From: Octopus sinensis
Taxonomy: Eukaryota
DNA length: 64,000 nt
Direction of reading: 5' to 3'
Assembly (NCBI RefSeq): GCF_006345805.1
Contig: NC_043013.1
Location: 33,418,001 to 33,482,000 of the forward strand
Part shown: positions 27,031-42,760 of the stretch, piece by piece
How positions within the stretch are numbered: the first letter of the stretch is position 1
Layout: every line of letters begins with the position of its first letter
The notes under the pieces: generated by a model
What the model was told of the DNA's origin: nothing
The model's input: only the letters and a program-made list of their open reading frames with translations
Database searches by the model: none
Program-made: the position numbers and the translations under genes

Positions 27031-27871
27031 AATCAGGACTGGTTCCTGCATTAATATATATATGAGTACATATGCATATACACATATATATATATTTATA
27101 TATGTATGATTGTACGTAAATATTGATGTGGAGATACAATATTATGAACAGTAACAAGCATACAATATTTTATTGCCTTAGATGACTGTTTATCAGAGAA
27201 CACGCGTTCCTTTTGTAGGTATACCTGGGAAAAATTCAAAGCTCAGAAAAAATGTAATAATTTATTAGTAAATTAAGATAGATTTACTTATCCACGTTTG
27301 ACTCCCTGTTCTGTTTTACACGCATGGAAAGAAAGAATATCAGGAATTATGACACATATATTAAACAATTTACAAAGCCGAAACAGCATTGTTCTGCATT
27401 ACAGAGCTATCATCCAGAATTTATTTATATCAAACAAACGCGACATTTTTTTAAAGTAAAGAACATATTTTCAGTAAAGAAAAGATTCATGGCCATATAA
27501 ATGATGAGGTAGTCACCACTAGAACAACTTTGACAGTAGATTGCTTGATTAGAGTAACTACCCTGTAGAAGCAAAGGCGAAACGCCGAACAATCATACGA
27601 ACACTTTATCATTTTCAGACTTCTGTATCTACGAATAACACAAATTCATTTAAACATGTGCGGTTCCAGTGATACACTTGTGCAAAACCCTCATGCTAAG
27701 TAGGAAATCAAAATTAATTAAATATATGTGTGAGTATGTATGTGAACGTGTGTATGTGTGTAAATATATATGATATATATATGTATATATATGTATAAAT
27801 ATATATATATATGTATATAAATATATGTGCTTTTGTGTTTTCTGTCTGTTTTGTATTTGGCTGTGTGAGTG

Positions 27872-27912
<41 letters not shown>

Positions 27913-29030
27913 GTTACGATCTATATTTTATGCACATGCATTCAAACCACATGTATATAATCAGGTATGCAAAATTTCAATGCTAATTGTCTTAAATGTA
28001 TGCCTGTATGCATATATTTACGTACTTATATTCGTGAGTATATGTATGTATATATATAAATAAGTATATATATATATATATATACATAGATAGATAGAGA
28101 GATAGATACACACACAAATATGCATGTATGTATATATATATATATATATGTGTGTATATATATAGGTTTTTATCTTATGTACATAAGTATATCTTCATAT
28201 ATATGTGTATATTTGTATATACGTATATGTATGCATATACATATATATGCATACATGCATCCATGCACACACATACACACATACACACACGTACACACAC
28301 ACACACACGCACGCACACACACACACACACTTATATATATATGTAGGTATGTATGTGTGTGTGTGTGTGAAGATACGTACATCCTATTTCTTTCTCTCCG
28401 CATCATGTCTTTTCTGCATATGTGCCATTAAAATATACACAGCTGAATGGCCTCCACCGCAACTTAAAAACGAAATACGAGAAGACTTAGATACCAAAAC
28501 AAACAAAAAGCATCGGATACTTATTAAATTGCCTCACACCAGAAATCCTTGAATAAGTGGATAATACGAAGGCCATTCTCAGTCACAAAATTAACCAGTC
28601 ATGTATACATTTGTGTTTGGTGTGTGTATGTGTAGTAGCATGTATGTATGTGTATGTGCTTGTGTATGTGCTTGTGTGTGTGCGTGTCTGTATTTGTGTG
28701 TGTGTGTGTGTGTTTATATAGGTTTCATTGGAAACTTATTGGAAGTTTCAGAATGTGACTCGCTCCAGATGCCCCCAGTCATGCTAGGTGCGTGCTTAGA
28801 ACGATACAAAACTGTTTTTATGCTGAACGCCAAGAAGCATATACATGTACACACGTATGTTTATTTGTATGTATACATACATATATATAATACTTATATG
28901 CATATCTATACATACATACACACACACACACTCAGACACCCATACTCACACATTTACGTACTTGCACACGTGCATATCTACGTATATATATATGTCTATA
29001 TATGTCTATATATATATATATAAATATATG

Positions 29031-29061
<31 letters not shown>

Positions 29062-29180
29062 GTATATATATATACATACAACATATACATATATATAAGT
29101 ACCATTCATATACAAATATGTCCTTACACACAGACACACTCAGACACCCAAATATATATATATGACAGTAGTATGTGACG

Positions 29181-29234
<54 letters not shown>

Positions 29235-29460
29235 GCATATATATATTAATATAAATACATATTTATTACAGGAATATACAAAATATATAAATTCGTTCCT
29301 AATATATCTCTAGCTACAATTGTACTCACACACATGTACACGCATAGACACAGAAACGCACTCGCGCACACAACTAAGTAATGCGTGTTTGCACGATGGC
29401 ATTTGTATATATATATACACATGGTTAATTGACCAAATGTATCCATGGCCTGTTTCTATG

Positions 29461-29461
29461 A

Positions 29462-29524
<63 letters not shown>

Positions 29525-29525
29525 A

Positions 29526-29564
<39 letters not shown>

Positions 29565-29644
29565 GATCTATCTATCTATCTATCTATCTAGCTATCTATC
29601 TATCAATCTATTTATCTATCCAACCATCCATCCATCTATCCATC

Positions 29645-29675
<31 letters not shown>

Positions 29676-29689
29676 CATCTATCTATCTT

Positions 29690-29744
<55 letters not shown>

Positions 29745-29751
29745 ATCTATC

Positions 29752-29838
<87 letters not shown>

Positions 29839-29840
29839 AG
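29461..29840. repeat. (TATC)n tetranucleotide array
   Basis: Visible repeat; source of the YLSI-repeat ORF. Confidence 0.95.
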
Positions 29841-30259
29841 ATACATATATCAACACATACATATGCACACATGCATTCAGAGATATATGTATATCCATAA
29901 ATCGATAGATGTAGATATAAATATATGTATATAGCTAAACTGCATAAAATGTACGGAACATCATTTGCTTGATAAACAGAATATACAGATCGTAGAAGTT
30001 TTATATATACGAAAATATATCATTATGCCCTGATTCATATCCATATCATCTTGAATTCCCACATATTCATACATTCAGTACCGATACTGTGTGTATATGT
30101 ATGTGCCTTTGTGTGTGTGTGTGTTAATTGTACGTGTTTGTGTGTTGTGTCTGTATTTCTATATGAGTATGTAAATGTATTTATAGATAAAAAGCCGTAT
30201 GAAAGATATTTGAGGAGAAATTCCCTATTTAATACTGTAATCTAGCAAAAATCAACCGA

Positions 30260-31140
30260 ATGTGTATTAAAAAATTGTGCACGTTTTCCATAAGCCTTCT
30301 TATAAGATTATTCTATAAATCCGCTGTCAGCTTCGACAACTGCTTAGTTTTGGGACCGAAAGTGCTCACATGCCCGCCTTAAACGTTATTTATTCGTGCC
30401 GGAGATCATTGAAGCCATGGTATTGTGAAGGTGTCAATTATTTTTCTATTCAACAGCCGTCCGAACTTTGTTGTTCGTGGCAGTTAAATCTGGGAAGTTT
30501 GAAGTCTAAATGTTAGGTGATTATAAACAATGTCCAGCATCCATTCTTCTGTTGCATGAGCTTTTTGTGAAGATGCTGAGCCTTGTTGAAACATGTTAAG
30601 CGTTCCATTGCGTACTACTTCAATGAAGACCTTAACAATTCGACTTACTCAGCAGTATTAATTCTAAGTTATAGCGGAAAGATACGAGTTGATATAATGT
30701 GACCTTCACTCCTCACCAACCCTAAAACCACCCAAATTGCTTGAAATGTAGTATGGATCACAATATAGATATCAGAAGGATCTTGTCATAACCATCTGTC
30801 ATTCCTCCTTTGGTCTGGATCGAATATTTTCTCACATTAGATTAGAACCAAAATATACCTTGTTCGTGAAGCCTTGAACCACGTTAATTAGCCGCTTGGC
30901 ACAAATTACAAGACATTCTATCTCTTTGCAGATATTATTTTATCAGCTGGGGTCTCAGTACATGTGACTTGTATCGAATGTCTTCGTGCATCAAAGTTTT
31001 GATAGTCCAGTCGGCACGTGATGTTTATGGTGATGGCCCTCATTAATTTTTCGGTATCATTATCAATAATGTTTGGAACCAATTGTTAGATTTGGGGTGT
31101 CCTTGTATAGTACCAACCTTTAGATGCGTTTTTCTCTTTA
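30260..31140 (-). mobile_element. Tc1/mariner-superfamily DD37D (maT/Bmmar1-like) transposase remnant
   Basis: Fragmented minus-strand motifs HEDIRYKSHVLR, AKRLIN, degraded WF.SDEK.FD.DQ..NDRWL, VVLGLVRSEGH, FQQGSASSQKA/KAHATEEWM, RACEHFRS...AVVEADSGFIE*. Many stops and frameshifts. Confidence 0.75.
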
Positions 31141-31155
31141 AAAAAGTTTCTCTCT

Positions 31156-31543
31156 CTCTTTTACTCTTTTACTTGTTTAAGTCATTTGACTGCGGTCATG
31201 CTGGAGCACCGCCTTTAGTCGAGGAAATCAACCCCAAGACTTATTTTTTGTAAGCCTAGTACTTATTCTCTCGGTTTCTTTTGCCGAAACCGCTAAGTAA
31301 CGGGGACGTAAATACAAGCGATGTTGGGGAGGGGGACAAAAACTGACAGACAAACACACACATATACATATGCATATATACGACGAGTTTCATTCAGTTT
31401 CCGTCTACCAAATTAACTCACAAGGCTTTGGTCGGCCCGAGGCTATAGTAGAAGACACTTGCCCAAGGTGCCACACAGTAGGACTGAACCCGGAACCATG
31501 TGGTTGGTAAGCAAGCCACTTACCACACAGCCACTTCCGCGCC
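31156..31543 (-). mobile_element. SINE family A, full length
   Basis: Minus strand starts ggcgcggaagtggctgtgtggtaagtggcttgcttaccaaccacatggttccgggttcagtcc (tRNA-like) then CORE-like caccttgggcaagtgtctt; tail ends in (aagta)-like repeats. Confidence 0.92.
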
Positions 31544-33683
31544 AGTTGAAAGTTTTTCCTGACAGAGGTTTTCAATTCCATCCGAACTTTGTTTATTGTT
31601 TTATTGTTGAAACACGTTTAGCGTTCCATTGTTCATTACGTCAAGTCGAGCGTGTTCTTCCGTTTGGTGATAACTTCCAACGAGTTGTATGAAGTTATCC
31701 CTGAATGGAATACCTCGTTCAAATGCTTCCCAAACAGAAATTCTCTCAAAGCCATGCAAGTGTCAGATGGTGATTTTAAACCATGCTTAGGTCTACTATC
31801 CAAGCAGGCCAGCCACACCGTCTGGAATCACACCACAAAAAACCCCGGAAGAAATCTCCTAAATATTCCTTTCGTCAACTCCATTGAAAAGCAATTTACT
31901 CATAGACTCCTGAGTGGGGAAAGTAATGCGGTCCTTAGCTGAATGTGAACACAGAGTTCTAGGAACTGGAATAAATACTGCAAAGTATTTCATGCTGACC
32001 TCCATTGTCTATTTTCTTTCCTCATGTATGACTAGCAAGTCGTGCGAACACCTTGAGGCTCTTTCGTTGTTTTCCTCATTTAATGGAAAGCTTTGATGAA
32101 AGAGCCTAATTTAGCGTAGTTGAATAGTTAACTACTCGGTTATAGTTTATATCTGGAGGGAGAATGCAGTTTATATCTTTATATTGAATAATATCAGCAT
32201 TGTAGTGGTCCTTGCTTCGCTATAAATATACTCTTATAAAATATTTGTTGCTTAGTAATTTATAACATGAGATAATATTTAGATTTTTCATTCCATGTTG
32301 CACAAATATTGAAATTTCGTTTTTAAGTTCTATTTCACATCAATAAATTTTACGCTCTTACAAAAGACTTTTTTGGTAGTATATGCAGTTGGTGCTGTTG
32401 TATAGTCACAGATCATCACGGATCGAACTGTGATAAAGCAAAGAAACTCTCAGCCAGGGTATGATGCAGGACTCACACATACATCTCAATTATGCAATGT
32501 CATCATCTCAAGGAAAATCATACTACAAGCTCTGTCGAACATGCATTTAGAGACTGAATGAGGTTCAGGCGAGCACTCTAAAAATATTGCATTCTTTCTG
32601 CTACCGTAGTATTTTGAATATTCTGGCGGCGCCCATTGCAAAGTTGAATAAGATACATTCAGGTTTAGCATGAAACTTCTTCCTCTGCTGTTATGTTCGT
32701 GGTGTGACAATCTAGGACTTTAAATGCGGCCATTAGTGCAACGGATCTTGCTACCATCTCTGTGTTTGTATCACTCATGCAACATGGAAAACAAAGTGTT
32801 TCTAGGATGTTTTCGTAGTATTGCTCTGCTGTTTGCCATATCTCTCTGAGTATATGGAAATGAGTTCCATGTCACGACAGGCAGAGTGTGTTAAAGCTTG
32901 GGGTAGTAAATAACTGTAACCCTCGTTTATCAAGATAGCTTTTCTGTTTCAGTATCGTTCTTTTATTATGAAAGTGTGTTTTGCGCAGGTTTATATCTGT
33001 AAAGTACATTTTTTTTTCAAGTTCTGTCAATTATTGTACGTTTGTTGTATTTTGGACCCAGGCAACAGCGACATAGTTCATGAGGGAACTATGCTTGCTT
33101 AACCATAGTTGCCTGCTTCGTTCTGTCGACCAAATATCATATCACTGATTTGATAGTTAAGAAATGTCTGAAGAAAAATATAGAGGGAAACATATGAAGT
33201 TAGAACAATAAGAAAATAAAGAAAAAAACGAAGCTGAAGAATAATACTATAATTCAGCATAAATTATACAAGAGGGTGAAATCTTAAAAAAGGTAGAGAA
33301 GGGATAAGAATAGGAGGAAAAAGCAGGAATGGTGTAAAAGAATGGGAAGAGGTGCTTTAGGTATTTATCGAGATGATGGCGCTTGCTATTGTCTCCATGA
33401 AATTTAGTGTTTGTATGGTAATGATAGTAGAGTTTGTGATAGCAGTAAGAGCAGAAGTTGTAGTGGTGACAACAACTGCTGTTGTGGTGCTGATTATATT
33501 AGTGTTGTTGCAGTGAACATTGCTATTGTTGGTTTCTGCACTTGTTGTTGTTGTTGTTTATGATGTTGCTATTATTTATGGTCTTTAGCCTCAGGTCAGA
33601 GCGCATCGGATAGAGATGTTGGTGGAGGTGGTAGCAAATGGTGATAGAATTAGTTTTGTAATTAGGGTAGAAGGTGTCGTTGA

Positions 33684-33726
<43 letters not shown>

Positions 33727-34363
33727 AGAGGTCTTCGCGATGATGATAGTGATAAGAGTCGTTATCGCGGGATGGCCATGGTGGTCGTCTTGGTGATAAT
33801 GTTAACGGTGTCGATTATGCAGAGGGGATTATCGTGAAATGAACAATGACGAAGGTGATGATCTTAATGATGGTGCTAATTTAGACGGCGCTCTGTTGTT
33901 GTTGTGGTGGTGGTTGTTTCTGCTATTGCTGTTGTTGTTAATACAGTAATAGCAAAGGAGGCCCTGGTAGTTCTACGTATATCGACAATTGCATTAGCAC
34001 TCTTGCATGAGTTCGCATTAATGACAATAAAGAAGTGGTGAACGTCATTGTAATTGTTAGTAGTAGTAGTAGTATAGTAGTAGTAGTAGTAGTAGTACTA
34101 CTACTACTACTACTACTACACTACTACTACTACAACACTTGATGGTTGTAATGACACAAATTTTGACAGCAGTGGAGCTCTTGTTGAATTTGGTTTTGCA
34201 ATGGTGGTTGTAGCCCGAATGGCGTTAACTTTATTTCTAATTCTATTGTCATTTGTGACTTAATATAAAGCATTCGTGTTGATGGGTCCAAACGTATTTG
34301 CTGATACTGTTCATACTATTGAAATAGAACTAGTAATTGAGTCAGTCGAAATATTGTTTTCAC

Positions 34364-34530
34364 TAGGCCAGCAATTTCGCGGTAGGAGCAAGTAGATTAC
34401 ATCGAACCCTGTATTCAACTGGGACTTACTTTATCGATCCTAAAAGATGAAAGACAAAGTTGACATCGGCGGAATTTGAACCCAGAACGTAAAGCCTCTA
34501 AGCATTTTATTCGGCTTGCTAACGATTCTG
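34364..34530 (-). mobile_element. SINE family B, degenerate
   Basis: gattacatcgaaccc...actttatcgatcctaaaagatgaaagacaaagttgacatcggcggaatttgaacccagaacg. Confidence 0.8.
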
Positions 34531-34564
34531 TTGACAGTTGTAATATTAACTTTATTAATTAGCT

Positions 34565-34770
34565 AACGAGCTGGCAGAATCGCTAGGACGCGGTGGAAAA
34601 AACTAGTGGTATTTCGTCCGCCTTTAGATTATGCGTTCAAGTTCCGCCGAGGTCGACTTTGTCATCTTCATGGTATCGATAAAATAAGTACGATCAAATG
34701 AGCACTGGGGTCGACGTAATCGGCTTATCCCCACCCTCAAAATTGCTGGCCTTGTGCCAAAATTGGAAAT
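34565..34770 (+). mobile_element. SINE family B (alternative tail), head-to-head with the previous copy
   Basis: acgagctggcagaatcg...gttcaagttccgccgaggtcgactttg...gataaaataagtac...gcactggggtcgacgtaatcg...ccctcaaaattgctggccttgtgcc. Confidence 0.85.
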
Positions 34771-35011
34771 CAAAATTAACTATAGGCAGTAGTAGTAGTA
34801 GTAGAAGTAGTAGTAGTAGTAGTAATAGTAGTAGTAGCTGTAGTAGCAGGTGGAAGTGGGGGAACTGTAGTATTAATAATCGTAGTAGTAGACATAGTAC
34901 TGACAGTAATTTTCGCAGTAGCAACTGTAGTAGTAGTAGTGGTAATAGTAGGAGACGTAGAAGTAGTGCTAATAGTAGAAGTAGTAGCAGCAGCAGTAGC
35001 AGAGCAGTAAC

Positions 35012-35060
<49 letters not shown>

Positions 35061-35389
35061 AAGGCCTTGCACCAGCCCTTAAAATTGCTGACCATGAACC
35101 AAAATTAGAAAGAATTGCTATTGTTTTGTCGTTAAGGTAGCAACCTGCAAAATCCTTAAGAGCCTCAGTCAAAATAATCTTTGTTAGTAATTCTTACTTT
35201 TTTGTACCCTACATTTTTACTTCTAAGTTCAAATCCTGCCACATTCAAATTTCTCTGTGAACTCTCCTGTTTAAATAAAAAGAGAAAAGAAGAAAATAAA
35301 AACGGAAAACTACCAGTCAAGGGTTGAGGTCGATGTTATCGACTAATCCGCTCCCTCAAACATTGCAAGCCTAGGGCCTTATTGTGATG

Positions 35390-35396
35390 GTGATGA

Positions 35397-35459
<63 letters not shown>

Positions 35460-36088
35460 CAATGACGATGCTGACGACGATGATGATGACAATGATAATG
35501 ATGATGATGGTGATGATGGTGATGATGATGACAATGACAATGATGGCGATGAAGATGATGATGCTGATGATGATGATGATGGTGATGACGATGAAGATGA
35601 TGATGATGACGATAATGACGGCAGTGGTGGTGATGATGATGATGATGATGATGGCAATGACAATCGTGGCGATGATGATGAAGATGATGACAATGATGAC
35701 AATAATGACAGCAGTGGCGGTGATGATGATGATGATGATGACAATGACAATCATGGCGATGATGATGAAGATGATGATTCCGATAATGACGGCGGTACTT
35801 CTGATGAACGTGATGATGATGATGGTCGGTCGTGATTGCTTGCAGAACCGACAGTTTGCATAGAAAGTAATAACGAGGGAAGTTTGCTTCTTTTACGGCA
35901 GTTACAGTAACGACGTCTTTCAGCCACAGAACCATTCCAATGGTAGTGCCAGCGATGGTGTCGTTTGTACACATTGAGTTGCCATTCTTTCTTATTGTTG
36001 TTGCTATCGCTATAGCAAACGTTGATGTTTTATAAAGATGAACATGGCTGATTACTATTATTATCATTATCATTATCATTATTATTAT

Positions 36089-36119
<31 letters not shown>

Positions 36120-36136
36120 TATTATTATCATTATTA

Positions 36137-36205
<69 letters not shown>

Positions 36206-36216
36206 TATTATATTAC

Positions 36217-36298
<82 letters not shown>

Positions 36299-36326
36299 TA
36301 TTATTATTATATTATTATTATTATTA

Positions 36327-36369
<43 letters not shown>

Positions 36370-36480
36370 CATCATCATCATCGTCATCACCATCACTATT
36401 ATTATTATTACCACTACTACTAGTAGTAGTAAGTTGGTGTGCAATTTGCTGTTGGTTGTCGACGGTGTTGTTGTTGTTGT
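35390..36480. repeat. Large compound triplet region (GAT/GAC)n ... (ATT)n ... (GTT)n
   Basis: Visible triplet repeats; source of the His/Ile/Ser/Met/Tyr-rich ORFs. Confidence 0.95.
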
Positions 36481-36738
36481 TGTTGTTATTGAAAGTCGTT
36501 GCTGCGATAATGGAAGTTGTGTTGCCGAAGCTAGTGTGGTAGCGTTGAAGCATTAACAGGCCTGGGGCCGTGGATATAACATACCCTCTGGCAAATTCGT
36601 TCAACCGCTGGCACGGACCGCTGATGAAGTTCCCCTCCCTGAACTCCCCCCTTCTACACACACTTTTCTTCACCTCTTCCAATTTTTTTCTCCTTTTCCT
36701 AACCTCTTCATTTATATGTATTGGCGTATGTATATATG

Positions 36739-36769
<31 letters not shown>

Positions 36770-37002
36770 GTATGTATGCATGTATGTATGTATGTATGCA
36801 TGCATGTACGTATGTATGTATGCATGCATGTGTATATGCTTGCAATGAATATATATTTACGTATGCATGACTGCACGTGTACGAGTGTATATTACACACC
36901 GTAAATGTATAGTCACATATAAAGGCATACACATACAAAATTACACGTAAATACTCACATATGTGTGTATATATGTGGATATATACGTATACGTTATACA
37001 TT

Positions 37003-37033
<31 letters not shown>

Positions 37034-37116
37034 TTGTGTATGTATGCATGCGTATATACGAACAATCACAAGCACATACTGAATGCACATGCATTATTCT
37101 GTATATCTGTATGTAT

Positions 37117-37317
37117 GTATATATATGTATATATATGTATATATATGTATATATATGTATATATATGTATATATGTATATATATGTATATATATGTATAT
37201 ATATGTATATATATGTATATATATGTATATATATGTATATATATGTATATATATGTATATATATGTATATATATGTATATATATGTATATATATGTATAT
37301 ATATGTATATATATGTA

Positions 37318-37330
<13 letters not shown>
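37117..37330. repeat. 10-bp minisatellite (ATATATGTAT)n, about 20 copies
   Basis: Regular decamer period visible in lines 37121-37321. Confidence 0.9.
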
Positions 37331-37389
<59 letters not shown>

Positions 37390-37859
37390 TAATATATATT
37401 ATATATATGCACATATAAGAGGGTGTGATGTGTAGTGTGTCTGTAGTTGTGTGTTTGTATTTGTGTGTGTGTGAGTGCGTGGTCAAATGCAATAAGGAAA
37501 GACATTACGGAGCACACAAACATAACAACCTTCACTGCTCTACTGGCGAATTTGCACAAATGACTAATCTCGTGTAGCTTTTAGCTATAAAATCTCATCA
37601 TTGCTTTAGCGACAGGCAAAATTGATTAGGCCCTCGTATACATGTACTTATACTGGCGTACATGTAGACCTGCTGACGTACCATGCGCACATATAGAAAA
37701 TATACGCATATATATATATAGATCGAAATAAATATATACGCATACATGAATTCATACATACATGCATACACACACACATAAATTCACAACTATATATGTG
37801 GGTCGGTCTATGTGTACGTATACATACATATAAGCATATATGTACATATGCATATATTT

Positions 37860-37910
<51 letters not shown>

Positions 37911-38089
37911 ATGTATGTATACTATACACATGCACGCATAGACACTCACAGAGACATACATACACACTCACACACATAAATACATACACACGCATATATA
38001 TATATATGAATATATATATATATAGGCATACATACAAACAAAATCAATCATTCAATCTATCCATTTTCTATCTGTGTGTCTGACTCTCT

Positions 38090-38115
38090 GTCTGTCTGTC
38101 TCTCTATCTCTCTAT

Positions 38116-38202
<87 letters not shown>

Positions 38203-38220
38203 CCTATCTATCTATCTATC

Positions 38221-38269
<49 letters not shown>

Positions 38270-38284
38270 TTATCTATCTCACTC

Positions 38285-38351
<67 letters not shown>

Positions 38352-38420
38352 GTCTGTCTATCTATCTATCTATCTGTCTATCTATCTACCTATCTACCTA
38401 TCTATCTATCTACCTATACA
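38090..38420. repeat. (TATC)n array
   Basis: Visible repeat. Confidence 0.95.
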
Positions 38421-40995
38421 TATCTTTCTATCTATATGATATCCGTCTCTGTTTCTTCTTGTCTCTCTCTATATACACACACGCACACACACATACGCAC
38501 GCACACACGCACACACACATATCCACACACACACACACATCTACCCAATCTCGACATTATAAAACTGCAGTTATCATAATCTCGTTGCTTATCAATACCA
38601 CTTACTGCCGCATATATTCTACACACTGCTTGCAATCACCCTCGCGTTCATTGCTTATATACTAACTGGAAGCTTAACTAACTCCTTCACAACACCACAA
38701 CCATACATCTGAAACATATACAGCATTATAGTAACTTCACTACATTAACTGCGCAATCATTTATTTCTATTATGATCAAAATTATCGTTACGTTATCAAC
38801 CAATGACGTCTTTATCACAATAACCATAATCGCCATCATCATCAGCTATAGTTGCAAGCCTATTGTCGTCTATATCATTAATACCTATAAACAAAACCTT
38901 CGACATCTCTATCATCGTTGCCGTCATCATGGTCGTTATCGTCATCATCATCATCATCGCTGCCATCATCATTATCATCATGATGGCGGCCGTGATGATC
39001 ACAAGCTCTAACTACTCCGAGGACGACGAGAGCACTTTGTGTACGAAATTTGATAGACTGAAACTGTGTTGAAACCCGTTGAACAGTGGAAGGGAGAGAG
39101 AGATAGAGAAAGCGGGAGAATGAGATAGAAAGAAAGAGGAGAGACAGAGAGAGATAGGTAGGGAGAGAGAGAAAAAGAGAGAAAAATATATTTCTTGTGC
39201 TGGCTGATTTGCTATGTCATCTAGTTTCCCGCAACCATCAGCGCCACGTTTAAACTGGATGTCTCTATCTGTGATTACTCTACTAGAGTCCTTTGGGCCT
39301 AAATTTCCTGTGAGATGAAAATATACACCTTTCCGCCCACCAGTCTTGAAAGGTTTGACAGATCTCAGTGACTGTAGCTTCTTGTCCACTGAGCATGTTA
39401 TACACATGTTCGTCCGTCAGAATCACGACGACCATCTCCTCGTTCTTAAAGACGATTGGTGACTTATTTATTTGCTGATTTAATTTAACGCAAAGAAGAG
39501 AAGAGTTGCGCACCAGCAACTTGACACTTTTACCGTGACCATCGTTAGTCCATTCACAAGGACCATGTCAAGAACATCAGGAGGTGCAGATAGATGCAGT
39601 GCATTACCAAAGTGCCTTGTCTGCCCCATCCTGCCAAAATCGCCTTTTTCTGTTTTGAATCATTAAGGTTTCTTGCCGCAGAGTCGGCTATGAATAGGCA
39701 GATAAACCAAACCATAATAGGTAATTAAGCCAGTATTGGATGCTGACAGGTTCTACAACACCGTGTTAGAGTTGACCTCAGAGCAACATTGGCTGAGATG
39801 GTTCCATACTACTCAAAACTTTGGGACTCCCGAAGCGCGCGCGCGCCAACACGCACATACATGTATATGGATAGATTATGTTATTTTCTATTCGAATGCG
39901 TCAATAAACGGAACACAGCACAAAAACATACGCAAGTATAACTAGATGGAATCAGTAAAGAAAATAGAACGGAGAGAACGGAGCAGAAGAGGCGATGGAG
40001 AGAGAGTGGTGGGAAGAGAGAGAGAAGGATGGAAGGGAGAGAAAGGGAGAAAATGAAGAGAGAAAAAGGCGAGAGGGCGTGCGTTTGAGAAAGACTCAGG
40101 TAGAAAAAGTAATTTGTTTATTCGCAGGTGAACTCTGAATAAACAAACATTTTGCAACAGTTTCTATACAATCCTGCTAAGCCTAGTCTAGCTCTACAAT
40201 ATTTAATGGGTCCTTATTGTATTTTAATTGTTGGCATGCCATTTTGGGAAGAGGGACTTGGTTGCTATTTCTACCAGATGAATACACCATCTTAGAACAA
40301 AGGTGTATACGATAATGTGGTTTTGATTTCCTTGCAAATAGGAAGGAAATGGATAGAACTGTCGCAACTGAAGTAGCGTCGATCGTAATTCTGTTCAACC
40401 TCGGGCTTAATATCAACGCCTTAGTCGGATCAAGGAGTTGCGGATATGGACGGTAGATACAAAAGGAAGGAGTCAGCTCAAGAAGAAAAACACGGCTAAA
40501 GAATCTTGGGAACTTTTGGCTTCATACAATAAGAGATAAACTTCTGAAATATTCGAGCTCGCGCACATGTTTTTGTCGTAGTTTAGCAATTAATTCTGCC
40601 GAGCTTCATGTGGTTGGCATGGATATAAATAATTTTATCTGTTTGTTATTGCTGTTCTTCGATGATTTTATTTATTGTTGTTGTTCTTGCATTTGCTACT
40701 AGGGCTCTCGATCAGCGTTACTCTTGTTCTTATTGCTGTTATCGTTCGTTTTTCTAGTCCTGCCATCTTTTAGTTTCTGCTTAACTGGACTGGTACGACG
40801 GATCTATAGAGACTGACTGTACATGAAGAAAGCGAACCAGTTGCACATATGTATGTGCATGATAAAGTAATACCCAAAATACATATATGTGTATGTGTAT
40901 CAATGAGAGCATGTGGATGTGTATCCGTACATTTGGCGCGTAGCAAAAGGAAAGTCCATAAAAAAGAGGAAATGATATATGCATATATTATATAT

Positions 40996-41042
<47 letters not shown>

Positions 41043-41321
41043 GCACTCACACTTGTAAGGGCACACAGCATGCCAAAACACATACGCAGGCGCACATTAT
41101 GTACACATTTACTCCCACCCACTCACACATTTTGACTTCGTATATACGTGTATATGCATGTCAAGTGTTTATTAGAGGGCTCACACGTGCGCGTGCCTCT
41201 GTTTACAATTTTAAATAGATATTATGCTTATCATATCTATAGACAATATATCGTACTTTTATACTGTGTTATAGTTCCAAATGCTTCCTTCTAAAACCTT
41301 TATTCGTTAATAAACACGCTG

Positions 41322-41362
<41 letters not shown>

Positions 41363-41525
41363 GCACACGCACACGCACACACAAACATACACATATTTAT
41401 AGATAATATATACACTTATAATTATTTATTTGTTTGCATGCATATGTGTATATATGTATATGTGGAGGAACACATACACACAAACAAGCGCGCGCACACA
41501 TATGCATATATTATATATATATATA

Positions 41526-41572
<47 letters not shown>

Positions 41573-41666
41573 TCTTTATATATATATACATATATATATA
41601 GAGAGAGAGAGTGACATATGTGTGTATATGTTCATGTGTGTAAATACATATATACATACATACATA

Positions 41667-41748
<82 letters not shown>

Positions 41749-42306
41749 ATATATATGTAAGTAAGTATGTACGTGTATGTGAGTGAATATGAATTTTCAG
41801 GTGAGTAGGTGGCGGAAAAGATTTCAGGTGTGAAAGTATGTGAGATGGTTGGGGCGTTATGGCTTGGCGTCTAACTAAGCAAGCCAATCAACATTGCCAT
41901 GCAAGTCTCATATTACGAGTCAATATGCACGTGCAAATGACAGCCGAACCAGAGCTGGCGAAGCAATTTCCACATCACTACCTCTATTAATTCCTGTCCC
42001 CATATTATATGAGTGGAGTTGTGTAAATGTGTACCCGAGTGTGTTTGTGAATTTACATAGGTGTGTGTGTGTGTGTGTGTGTTTATAATATAAATGTTCA
42101 TGTATTTAAATATATACTACGAATGCATATACAAATATATACATACATACACACACAGACAAAGACAGACATAGACATATACACATACGTATTATGTATT
42201 TCCATTCATATACCTATAGTAAACTTGCAGTATATACACACATATATATATATGCAGTATATATATGGTATATAGTATATACACACACTTAAACACACAC
42301 ACACAC

Positions 42307-42343
<37 letters not shown>

Positions 42344-42433
42344 TATGTACTTTGTCTGTCCTTGTTCGTCCCTTCTATGTTTAGCCCCTTGTGGGCAGTA
42401 AAGAAATATATATATATATATTATATATATATA

Positions 42434-42466
<33 letters not shown>

Positions 42467-42614
42467 ACGACCTTACTGTTAATAATTTATGATAACATCA
42501 GTGTAAAAGAATCATGAACGCAAAATTATTAATTAATAAAGAAGGGCACCATCATGCTAAAATAGCAGTCAATACGTTTTGACTGTTACTTTTAGCATGC
42601 TGCATCTACCCTCC

Positions 42615-42725
<111 letters not shown>

Positions 42726-42729
42726 TATA

Positions 42730-42760
<31 letters not shown>

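Noticed and set aside
36612-36650. CTGATGA followed by a hairpin (agttc/gaact)
   Set aside because: No GAAA, helix III or helix I partner, so not a hammerhead.
39283-39570. Minus-strand open frame ...NEEMVVVILTDEHVYNMLSGQEATVTEICQTFQDW
   Set aside because: Several frames on both strands look equally protein-like; no motif recognised.
40342-40452. Possible plus-strand exon KEMDRTVATEVASIVILFNLGLNINALVGSRSCGYG
   Set aside because: Weak donor (gtagat) and no homology recognised.
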